From the NCBI GenBank assembly GCA_000934665.2, contig KZ538485.1:51926-71925 (forward strand): 20,000 nt of DNA. Reading direction: 5' to 3'. A model generated the notes under the pieces. The model saw only the letters and a program-made list of their open reading frames with translations, searched no databases and was not told where the DNA came from. This stretch comes from Catajapyx aquilonaris (Eukaryota). The position numbers and the translations under genes were made by a program. Shown one piece after another: positions 1-10,310 of this stretch; the stretch's first letter is position 1; the number at the start of each line of letters is the position of its first letter.

Positions 1-853
1 TATTCATGTCACAAGTCTCCAATGAGTTCAGTGAAAAACTGGTAATGTCTCTGCTCTGTATGCATCATTACATCAGTGCATCGGACCTTGCACTGGAGCA
101 GATGCATCTTTGGGTACCACAGATAGTGAACAGTCTGGAGTCTTGCAAACATACATTGTGACAGCATGGGACAATGCACAGATTGCTACACATTCCCAGA
201 AAGTAAGACTGGAGGTAAATGTTTCTACCACCCAAGTTGTGAGTTCCAGATAAAATTTAGCAAAATAAATAATGCAGTAAATGAGTAACGTGATAGCCTA
301 TTTGCCCTCCATATCCGTGCCACGCTTTCATAAATACCTGACATAGTACTATGGCCTACAGGCATTGCTGATCTGTCTAGTTGCGATATTCAGTGCTAAC
401 AGGGCATTTATTATGAGCATTATTCAACTAGGCTAATTACTAGGACACTTCATCTATAATCCACGGAATAATTTGGAAGTGGCACTGAATTAGTGTCCCC
501 GCAAGACATTAGCTTTATAACACCATTTGAAGTGATAGAAATGTCGAAGGTGTAGACAACATTAAATGAGATGTTACGTTCCTCTGCTGCTTCGCGTAAG
601 TCTGGTGACTAAATTAATTCATGTCTTAACCAGAGTTGATGGGGTTGATGTGATCAAGTCTCACAAATTACAGTATTACATTCACCTCAAATACGACAGG
701 AGTAGATCCAAGAGTTTTAATTGCCAGATTTGTATTCTATGCTGCATCATGCATATCATGACGTTTACTAACATTCTGAGAAACAATATCACAAATCTGC
801 AGTAATTATTTCCAGTAACAAACTCACTGAAATGACGTAAAAATTACACCATT

Positions 854-1108
854 TGACGGGTGTGGTGAAAAAAGGTGATAACCTACAAAAGTGTAATTTT
901 TCAGGAGAGCGAATTTAAGTTTACACTCTCTTCACAAATCATAGGGAATGCTGGTTTTGATCTAGTCCGTGTTGCCGTCTCGTGCATGACACGTGAACTT
1001 GGAAATATCACACTGTTTGTCATGTCTTTTACATATGAGTTGCTAGGTGTTTAGGTCAAAAATGACCAAAATGAGGGTTATCACCTTTTTACACCATCAC
1101 ACCCCTCC
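854..1108. mobile_element. Degenerate mariner-like MITE with ~28-bp TIRs
   Basis: GGGTGTGGTGAAAAAAGGTGATAACC vs GGTTATCACCTTTTTACACCATCACACCCC; TA follows the right end at 1109-10. Confidence 0.55.
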
Positions 1109-4100
1109 TATCATACTGATATTTTGAAGCAATTATGTATAGTAATATATTAACTGAGTTACATTTATTTTGAATGGCACATTATTTTCATTTCTTCAAA
1201 CTTAATTGAATTTATTATGATAACTAATTTTAATACAAATCATCATGACTCGAGTATATCGTATTAACTCATAAATAAAATTAAATCATAATCACCCTCG
1301 CATGCCACTACCAAAATTTCAGTCAACAATAGTCCAATTATTGCATAAATTAATATGCCTTGTTGTTGCAGTTAATGGTTGTTCAGATTGACCGAACGTC
1401 AAATTGTCTCCGGAAGATTTTAATTTTGTAATTTGATTTTCAAAAAAAATTGTACGTTTTGATCGCCTTATCGCCTCGTAATCCTACTCACCCGAATCCC
1501 ATTCTATAATAAACGAGGCTGAACTAATATCAGTGTAACGACGGTGGAATTAAGTGCGACGCGCACGGGTTCATGTCAGTCACATCACCTTTGACATCCC
1601 CTCGTAATATGATTTGCGTGTAAATATTTTCTGGGCGTGATCCCGCACAGTTATTCGGAGTTTGAATGTTTCACACGGTATATGCGGTTCTTTCAACACT
1701 AAAGCGTCTTATTTTTAGATGCTCAAACAAAAAAAGATCTAGCGTGTAGAAACCACACGCAGCATGACAGAAGTAGACGAAGTCTGTGCGTACAAATTTT
1801 CTTAGTAAAGCTCCAAAAAAATGTGCTTGGTCGTACCACATAGCAACGGTCTCAAATGCATCCGATAATCACTATGTAACAGTACTTACAGAATATTCGT
1901 ATGCAAAGTACATATAACGTTGCACAAAATGAAACACCCATGCGTAATAGGAACCAAACTCATTCTGATTTGTGTGTGGTAAATATTTGAGCTACATGAT
2001 ATATTCTTCTCACACATTATTGAGCACATAATCAGTATGTTATCCAAAAACAGGGCCATGCACAATTCTCATTGAATGTTGCAGCAAAACATGACCATGA
2101 AGCAACTCAATACGCATCCAACATGGCATTGGACGCAACACTCGGAGGCAGAAAAAAACATTGGCGGAGTGTGTGAATTCGACATATGGATGCAGGTACC
2201 CAAGGCTGCACGGTACACATTCAGGCCAGACTTTTACACGAATGAAAGGTTCTCCTGTCCACTGAACGCATTCATTCCCACTGTTTGTTTCATATAGGTA
2301 TAATGAAAATTTTATTGTGCGGGTTTGTCAGGAATGGTGCAGTAATCCCGCACAATTAGGGGGAAGCCTTTTTTACATATCAAAATATGGCATGAGCAGC
2401 TTACATTGATTATAAATTTATAATACACTAATGAGGTAGGCTGATGCTGCTTGAATCTACGTACATGTTTATGCACACAAATTCGCTTTTAGAACGAGTT
2501 AGACCATTCTGAAACTTGCCATGTTCCTTATCGTGCTGTAGGCTAGTTATGAAAGTCGTTTATGTCCATTGAGGTCTCACAGACACCATTACTTGCGGTA
2601 GGTATTAATTTATTCATCAGGCCCAATTATCCAAAATCGTCGTTCCATGTTTTTAACTGTCGGAATTATTATGGTTGTTTAACGTACAATACCACTGTAT
2701 ATTTTCAGTCGGTATTTATATGTAGGTATTTGTAACATAGACTAAAATTATCATTTTGTCAGTTACATACAGTACGATAGTAAAATTATCCAATTTGCTG
2801 AAATGTAATAACGATTTAACCAATGGGCTAAACAATATATTATCGGTGTTCATGACATCGAACTTACGTACGTGTTGCTATAATTAATTACAGTACACTG
2901 ATTGCACCGTAATATTAAAATAAATTTTAGTTTTTAGCCTGATTTTTACTTAGACTGATTTTTACATTAGTAAAACATTCGAGTATCCCATTATTGTGTT
3001 CAGGCTGTACCTTTATTATGCAGTGCACTACGATACCTCATTGAAGAGATCATAAATTTTCATAATTTTGCAGTTCCATAATATGAAACTAGTGATTGTG
3101 TGAACTTAGTTGCGAAAAAGCTAACTACAACCTGTACAGAGCTGCGAATGTGTGTACTGCATAAAGTGCAAGCCAGGTATTGATCGACAAATCCGCAATA
3201 ATTGAATAATGCAATTACCTCCCATTTGGTGCATTTCATTCCTCAATTCATATTTCATTATTTGTAACTGTTGACTCTGACCTCTTAATCATGTGTTTTA
3301 AAAAATAGCTCCATTCATTAAATGCGTTACAAAACAGGAAAACCAGCCTTTAGTTAAAATAATTTTTTTAAATAGATACTACTGTATCTAACTCTATCCG
3401 ATGTGATTGTTATTTTCACTTGAACTATTATCCCCATACATTGGCCAAGCTTTTGGTGGAGTTGGCTGCATCTGCGATTTGGAGGCCCATCCCGGTAAGT
3501 GCTAGTGGGCTTAATAGGTACACATTTCTCCACCAAATCCGTCGTTATAGAGCAGTGCGAATAAGCTGCCCAACCGATTCCAGAAGACAAATGACCAGAC
3601 TGCGAGGCGTCAAAAAAGTTACCACCGTTCAACCCTCCACGTGGATCACTCGTTCATGCCATTGCACTTCCTCCACTGATAAGCCATTTTCTTCAACTAC
3701 CATCCAGGAGGGTATATCTACCTGCATTACAGAAATAAGAAAAGTTCCGCAGTTACAGGCCGACAGCAAGAAAAAGGGTAAAGAGTGTAATGGTCACCCA
3801 AAAAGTGATCATTTTGTTCGAAAAATAAGTCTCGAGAGTTATGCAAATCATTAGGTTTGGGTATTCGAACATCGTATTTCATGAAATCAAATCATGTGTA
3901 TCAAGTGAACTTTGCCTATTAAAGCCAGTGCATTAGTGTAATTAGCATGTGTGTATAGATGTTTAGGGCAGCTGAGGGCCCAATCCAGTAGGACCCTTAT
4001 ACGTGCGTGGGAAGCAGGATTTTGTGCTGCGTCATTTGTGGAATTTTCCGATACAAACCTTGCTCCTAAAACGCGGATATTCAAAAGGCTTGTCTGCTGC

Positions 4101-5469
4101 CACTGTGTCGCATTCCTCATCAAAGACATCATTACCTACATTATTACTGCAATCAGCTTTTCTATGTACAACGCTAATTTCAGCAACTTCAAAAACTTTT
4201 TTTTTAAATATTTGCTTCTGTAGTCTTATTCGATTTATCATCTATAAGAATAGCACAGTTAAACATTCAGTAAATTCAATTTATTTCCCTACAGACACCC
4301 TATTGTTGCAGTGACTAAAGGGGCGCATTTTACTGTTCTTCACTGTACAACAGGGTGGTTGTTATTTAATACATCTTGTAAATTGCCTCGTTTGCCTATG
4401 GAAATGTTCTGCGGTAGCCACATAATTTCATTACTGCCCAATTATGCTCATTCAGTAACATCAGCATTCTGCAACCATGCAGGTGTAAACTGCCGGAACC
4501 ATTGCACCGTACAGCGATGCACTATAAATAACCTGACTCTGACCTTTTCAGTCAAGATATTCCCACATTTTACTACCCATTTCCAAACGGTGGCAGCACC
4601 CTGATGGTATTACGGGGGCTTCCAAGGCGACAGACACCGACGTATCGTGTCGCACCGTACGTGTACGAGTGACCTTGTCACAGTAACCTGTAAACGAGGA
4701 TTGGCAGTACACAACTCACCTCGTGGTCCAAAGTTGAGCATCGGCCGAAAGACGGCCCGGCTGGGGGTCCCGAGTGTCGGCCCTTGGAACGTCGTTAGAA
4801 CCGAAGAATCTATGCGGGTGACTCCCTGTATGTCCTGTTGGTCACCATCATCGTCGTCGTAGGTACAACCACAATAATCCTGAGATGGCCACTCGCGATG
4901 CCATGTATGTCAGCAGCGGCACTGCGCGGCGGTGGGTGACATTGTGTCGCAGCAATTCACTAACACAGGTCACAGGTCATCCCGCGCACTGTTGCAGAAG
5001 AAAAATGTACGTGTGTGTATGATACCACGGAGGTCAAACAACCTCAGTCGACCGGGGTGAGACTTTTATTTGGAAAGCTACCAATTTGGCAACGACCAGA
5101 TGTCATGCATGACCCTATTTGAATAACTTCCGCATGACAATGACCCATTACATAACCCAGAAGCAGTATGAATGACAGATGGCATCATTATCATCGTGTG
5201 TGAGGTTGGATGGGAACGATCAAGGGGGCGATATGTACCTGTGTGGTCCATTGGCTGGTGAGTCGGGGGCACGAGGCGGGTCAGGCTGGGTCATCCCCTA
5301 GCCATGATCCCCATTTTTGCCCACTCAGGGTTTATTCAAGCCCCGGGGCAAAAACCCCCACCCCGGCCCCCCTTCTTCCTTTCCTCAGGTGCTGTGTCCC
5401 TGGGTATCAAGTGGCAGCTGACGAGGGGTGGATGTCCGGAAATTGTCGACGATGATGACCGCACCAATT

Positions 5470-5625
5470 TTCCTCCTACTCCACCACCACCACCACCCAC
5501 CACCACCTCCTCCTCCGTCCCCTCCCTCCTCCAGCCCCTCCACCACCGACACACTACCACACCACCAGCACTACAGCACCTCCTCCTCCTCCGCCACCAT
5601 CCACCATCCACCATCCACCACCGTC
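5470..5625. repeat. Low-complexity (CCA/CCT)n tract
   Basis: CCA, CCT and CCATCCA repeats, which explain the overlapping Pro/His/Gly-rich ORFs. Confidence 0.85.
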
Positions 5626-6398
5626 TTCAGCAGCTCGACAAACTCTGCCAACACTCGTCCCCCCCTTCTGGATAGGTAGGATAGGCCCGAGCTCCCATGG
5701 CCGCCAAACACCGCCAATATTTGCAGCCCCGTCCACTCCCGCGCATTTCGCGCAAAATGCGCGGGAAAAATACGGATTTACCACGCTGCTCAGGACTGCA
5801 AATTCACATACAATGCGACGGACCAGAACACTATTCGTAGCATACACACCCTGGTGTTACACCATCAGCACACTGTATTTTCAACTGTCTTTTTTTTACC
5901 CCACCCTGTAGCGGCTGTACGGTGTAAATTTTGACCCACCGTCACTGCCACCAGCGTCGTTGGCTGCCTGCTTTCACTGACGAACAGAGCAGCGCTGGAA
6001 ATATCGACCCCCTCAGACTCTCGGCATCAGCTCCCTCCCCCTCCTCCTACCCGCCTGAACCCTGCCCTCCCTCCCCCGCCTCTCTTTCCCTTCACACCCA
6101 CACCCCCGCACCGCGTGTGGGTGTAGGTGTGAGGGCTGGTGGGGGAGTAATGGGTGTGTTGGGAATAAAGGAACTGGCCTGGCTCCTGTTTGTACAAGAG
6201 TCAATCGCAAGACTGACATGAGTGTCTGACACCACCCACTACATTCATTATTAATAAATGTTTGGATATGCTACATGTATATTAATAAACATTTAATAAC
6301 TTGCCTAACATTTTGTGTGCACTTAACTATCAAATGTAAACCCCTGCAATGCAGTCCTTGCTCTACTAGAAATAATAACTGTTTCGAATAATCATCAA

Positions 6399-6404
6399 TT
6401 TATT
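6399..6404 (-). terminator. Candidate polyadenylation signal of CIB1-like gene
   Basis: AATAAA on the minus strand about 170 nt downstream of the stop codon. Confidence 0.5.
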
Positions 6405-6574
6405 TCATCCGTTTTGAAATAACATTGGGAGCTACCAGGTGTTTGCATTTTTGTTGATGGCCCTCTAACATTTAAAAATTGAGCGAGCAATGAAAACAAA
6501 GTATAGTTTCCTTCCTGGCCACCGCGCCAACAGACAGCAGCTCTTAATCTCGCTTCATTTCATCAATCTTCGTT

Positions 6575-6685
6575 TCACAGACGTATCCGGAAACTAGTAA
6601 GGAAATCCGGCATCTTGGATGTCATGTGATAAAACTCCTGCCGCGATATGGATCCGCTCCCACTCAAATTGGAGTCTTGCAGAAT
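6575..6685 (-). CDS. CIB1: CIB1-like coding exon 5 (EF-hand 4 and C-terminus)
   Basis: Acceptor tttttccag|ATT; ILQDSNLSGSGSISRQEFYHMTSKMPDFLTSFRIRL then TGA at 6577-6575. Confidence 0.92.
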   Translation of the reverse strand: MLQDSNLSGSGSISRQEFYHMTSKMPDFLTSFRIRL

Positions 6686-8357
6686 CTGGAAAAATATTAT
6701 TGGCAGCATTTATTTCCGGACAACCCTCGTGGTGTAATAACACCGCCATTACGGNNNNNNNNNNNNGGGGGGGTACACACAGCCAATCAGCGGAAGACAC
6801 GTCAGAACCAAGATGATGATTGGTACGTGGCTCGCAACCTGGTCCTGATTGGTCTGTGGCTCCCAACATGGACGTGATTGGTGGATTGGAACCTCAACGA
6901 CACCCATGTGAACCTCGTAAATCCAGTACCTTAGCTACCAAATCATCCGTTTCCTTTGCCGAGAGCTGCAGATCTGCGTTGCTGTATCCTCCTGTAATCC
7001 TGTCAATAACTCGACAAATGTCGCTCTCTCCCAAGACCTTGTCCTCGTCGAAATCTGAAACGAGACAGTTGATATATCCCAAATCGAATCTGGATTTTTC
7101 AGCAACTCTGCAGACTTGCCGAATATTTCGAAAGCCCATTCGGCTTTGGCCTGCACTGGCGTATCTTCATGAAAGGCGGTCATCATATCCAGGTAATCAT
7201 CGAAGGACAGACGGCCATCTTGGTCAGAGCTGAACACTCTGACCAGCCTATCTCGAAATGGATTATTCTGCACCAAATAAATAAAGAGGACTTGAAATAT
7301 ATAAAGTTTTCTTCCCTGTCCTTGCCACCCCACCTTTTCCTTTCGCCTGGTGTTAATTATGTACAAGAAGTACCAAGTAGCCCTTCCAGGACTTGGGAAC
7401 AAAAGGTCAGGGGAAATTACTTCCTGTGGTTACGATCGATTTCCCCCAAGTCTAACTTCATTTTGCCGAGCGCTCCTCTCACACCTTTCTTATTTTCTCC
7501 TCCGATTCTTCATTTTCCGAGTTAATTGACTGCACCACTTGACCCGACAATTGCCTAAGAGAATGCATGAAAGCTTTACCAGAAGAAGAGTGCACCAGGA
7601 GAGGAAGAAGCTTTAAAAAATGTTCTTGGAAACGTTCTTGGAAGACTTGTTTTTCCACGTCTTAAAGATGAAGAAAACTCATCATGCTTAACCCAGATAT
7701 GTCTAGCGTCCTACATATAGGACATTTGTACAAAATAATGTTAGAGTGTGTCAGTTCTTCATTTATTCATTAAAAATATTTCAAGCATATGTTTTAAGGC
7801 GAGCAGGTTAGCGTACGCTAATTATAGGGTGATTTTAGGTATTAATAGCGGAATGTGGGTACGTGAAAGGAGGAATTTCTAGTGCAATCTGGAAGCTACA
7901 TGGGAAGACCTGTCATCAGGCCTTACGGGGAATCCAATTATTTTCTAAGTGATGACCAATCAGACTCAGGAAACGAGGGCGAGAGAAGAGGAAGCAGTCG
8001 GGACGAGGCCTAACTAACCCACCAACATTCACAAGGCGGAAGAAGGAGGAGAGGGGGGAAAAAATGGCGTCTGAAAAGTAGGACACACCTTGAATTCGGG
8101 GATAGACTCCATGATTTTGGATCCGAGGATACGGAGTTTCGTGTCTCCAGATGAATCCAGCTCGGGGCATGCCTCTGCTAACTTCTTGTACATGCTGCGA
8201 ACACGCAACATGATGTATTACTAGTTACTACACACTCGTGTGTGTTTATAGTAATGTGGACTCACTGTAATATTTCCTTTCGAGAAAATGGGGTAAGTGT
8301 GGCATATTCTTCCAGCTGTTCCTCGTTTATTACTGCGTGGGCGCTCGAATTTCCCAT
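6575..8357 (-). CDS. CIB1: Calcium and integrin-binding protein (CIB1-like EF-hand protein), complete spliced CDS join(8357-8266,8194-8089,7267-7120,7054-6930,6685-6575), 193 aa
   Basis: Spliced translation MGNSSAHAVINEEQLEEYATLTPFSRKEILH/MYKKL...IPEFK/NNPFRDRLVRVFSSDQDGRLSFDDYLDMM...AFEIF/DFDEDKVLGESD...LVAK/ILQDSNLSGSGSISRQEFYHMTSKMPDFLTSFRIRL*. It aligns end to end with the CIB family (NPF..R, AF.IFDFD.D, PDF..SF.I). Exon lengths sum to 582 nt and all phases are compatible. CIB1 rather than CIB2/3 is suggested by Y..LT, FDFDED and the TG..LS..E insertion. Confidence 0.93.
6755..6766. other. Assembly gap (12 N) next to a G run, inside the last CIB intron
   Basis: Ns visible in the sequence. 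Confidence 0.99.
6817..6882. repeat. 29-bp tandem repeat (~2.3 copies) carrying GATTGGT, in the last CIB intron
   Basis: Units starting at 6818 and 6847 are 23/29 identical; a third GATTGGT lies at 6876. Confidence 0.7.
6930..7054 (-). CDS. CIB1: CIB1-like coding exon 4 (EF-hand 3)
   Basis: Acceptor tttcag|AT; DFDEDKVLGESDICRVIDRITGG...LVAK; donor AAG|GTACTG. Confidence 0.92.
7120..7267 (-). CDS. CIB1: CIB1-like coding exon 3
   Basis: Acceptor ggtgcag|AAT; NNPFRDRLVRVFSSDQDGRLSFDDYLDMM...AFEIF; donor G|GCAAGT (GC-AG). Confidence 0.92.
8089..8194 (-). CDS. CIB1: CIB1-like coding exon 2
   Basis: Acceptor ttcgcag|C, donor AAG|GTGTGT; MYKKLAEACPELD...SIPEFK. Confidence 0.9.
8266..8357 (-). CDS. 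CIB1: CIB1-like coding exon 1 (MGNSS...KEILH), N-myristoylation-type MG start
   Basis: ATG at 8357, donor CA|GTGAGT at 8265, phase 2. Not in the ORF track. Confidence 0.9.
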
Positions 8358-9199
8358 ACTTAAAGAAAACATACAAGTCAAGCAACGATTATTATTCAAC
8401 AGATGGGTATGATATAATTATAGTACGAGCCTTCATAATAAGTGTGGTGCCACGGTAATTAATGGTATAATCACGTTAGGATAGGTTGTACATTGCAGCT
8501 TCATGGCGGTAAATTACAAGTTATATACGCCTTCTGACTACTGCTACTGATATATGCATAAAGCAAGCAATTCCGTTGCTTGCTATGGCTTCAGGTGTTT
8601 GTAGCGGTAAAGTAATATTGTTGAAGGTGGCGGTTCTGAAAAATTCCTGTTTTCGTCAAAGTTTGTCACAATGCCTAAAATAAACTCATTTCGCTAATAA
8701 TGGCAGGCAAAATGAATATAACTCTTGGCCAGAGTGTTCAGTAATCGCTTTCTTTCTTCAATGATTCATTCATTACTATCATTGGAAGTTTGATCGTACG
8801 TACTATGATGAAACTCGGGTCTATGAGCATACATTATAGACTTATGGTAGGCCTTTATTGAGGGGGCTTGACTATTATTTGTGAAACTAAGATATCATGC
8901 TTGTGAGCAGGAATGAGTTCCCATCAACGTTGTCGCAGCTGTTACATATTTTCAAACAATTGACAAGGTAAATAACTACTTATTATTCATGTTTTATTAT
9001 ACCGTGTATAACTTCCGCAACTTCACAAATTGTGTTTACTTGTGATTTGACGGTCCATTAACCATTACAGAGAAAGGTAAAAATACGACTGTAGAGTACA
9101 GTATACATACACTGACACCTTGTACAATATAAAGCAGGGTGAAGCTAGGGTGTATTAATGTATTCATGTAATAATGTTAAACTGTTTAATGGCATGTCA

Positions 9200-9464
9200 T
9201 CATCATCATCATCACCATCATCACCACCACCACCACCACCATCACGACATTTTCCTATGAGGTGTAGTCAGCGATGAAGGGAGACGCAAGCTAACCCAAC
9301 ATATGAACTAAATTAAAACTTGTGAAAATAAAACTATAACCAACCAGTCCTACCACCCACCCCTCCCCACCTCAGACGACAGATATTAAATTTAAATATT
9401 ACACTATGCAATACGATACTTCGCCNCCCCCTCGCCACCAGCCACTACTCCGGACGCCCTGTAA
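9200..9464 (-). mobile_element. 5'-truncated non-LTR retroelement 3' end (copy 1) with (TGG)n/(TGA)n tail and 13-bp TSD
   Basis: TAATGGCATGTCA at 9187-9199 and 9465-9477; microsatellite tail at 9200-9243; shares ~95 bp with 12907-13000. Confidence 0.8.
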
Positions 9465-10191
9465 TAATGGCATGTCACATGAATGGAATTCAGGACATAG
9501 CAAAAACTTGCCCATTGTGAAACTTTATTTTTGGTCCTGGCGTAGTGTTTCAATGACCTGTTACATGCATGTTTTATTTTTTATTTTTGCGAAAAGAGTC
9601 CAGCACTATAGAGGTTTCAGTGAATTACTGATTCGTTATTTTATTTGCATAACAAAACCACATAACATGTCGTTGCAAGCTATACATAATTACAGAGATG
9701 CATGACGTCACTGTCTATAACCTGTATGCACACAGTATTTAATTTATCAAAAGTACTATCGATAATTACTCTTATAATGACCGAATATTAATCCTTTAAT
9801 CGCTAGTTTTAAAGAGCATATATATACCTTGGGTAGGCTACTTAACACAAAAATAACGGAAATAATTCACGTGTCATACGTGCATGTTAGTAAACTTACG
9901 ATGCATGAATCTGCATTCATAGCCTACCAGAATAACGAACCGCCAATTTTGAGTCCGCAACTGCTAAAATCTAAATGGGATCGAGTTCCATGCTTCATAT
10001 CCCTAACTTCTAGAAACTTACATTGCACTGGAAAACCACGACTGTTTCCATCCCGATATATCAGTACGAGTTGTCAGTTTCATATGCCAAATCGTGCTAA
10101 ATAACAGGACTTGTCTATAGGACCACATTACAAACTACTTTTTTTTTGCTTATTTGAAATAAGCCTGCGCAATTACACAATTTTTACTAAC

Positions 10192-10310
10192 CTGAGATCG
10201 CAGAAAAGGACTCCACTGACCTACTCCTGGCTCTGTACTACACGCACCAGCTGACGTAGAGCATCGTTCTGTTGATATTTAGTGGGACTGTTATCAGCGA
10301 CAAACACTGC
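10192..10310 (-). other. Probable untranslated first exon of CIB1-like gene (5' boundary uncertain)
   Basis: An acceptor gttttctttaag| lies 1 nt before the CIB ATG (exon starts at 8358). A strong donor CAG|GTTAGT lies at 10192/10191, with an Inr-like TCAGT at 10220-10216. Confidence 0.5.

Noticed and set aside
3420..3854. 144-aa plus-strand ORF
   Set aside because: It has a TTG start and no recognisable motif; the splice signals I found here are on the minus strand.
4351..4603. CAGGGTG...CACCCTG pair resembling MITE ends
   Set aside because: The match is only 7 bp and lacks TA duplication or extended TIRs.
5304..5847. Overlapping Pro/His/Gly-rich ORFs on both strands
   Set aside because: They are produced by the CCA/CCT low-complexity tract, show no domain, and are open in several frames at once.
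6894..7402. Apparent frameshift or pseudogene in CIB (two overlapping ORFs, truncated C-terminus)
   Set aside because: Fully resolved by the 65-nt GC-AG intron and a further exon at 6685-6575.
7688..7811. TTAACCC plus GTCCTA..TAGGAC palindrome resembling a piggyBac end
   Set aside because: No convincing matching right terminus.
9703..9764. CRE (TGACGTCA) and DRE (TATCGATA) motifs
   Set aside because: They lie inside the inferred CIB 5'UTR intron, and single 8-mers are not sufficient evidence.
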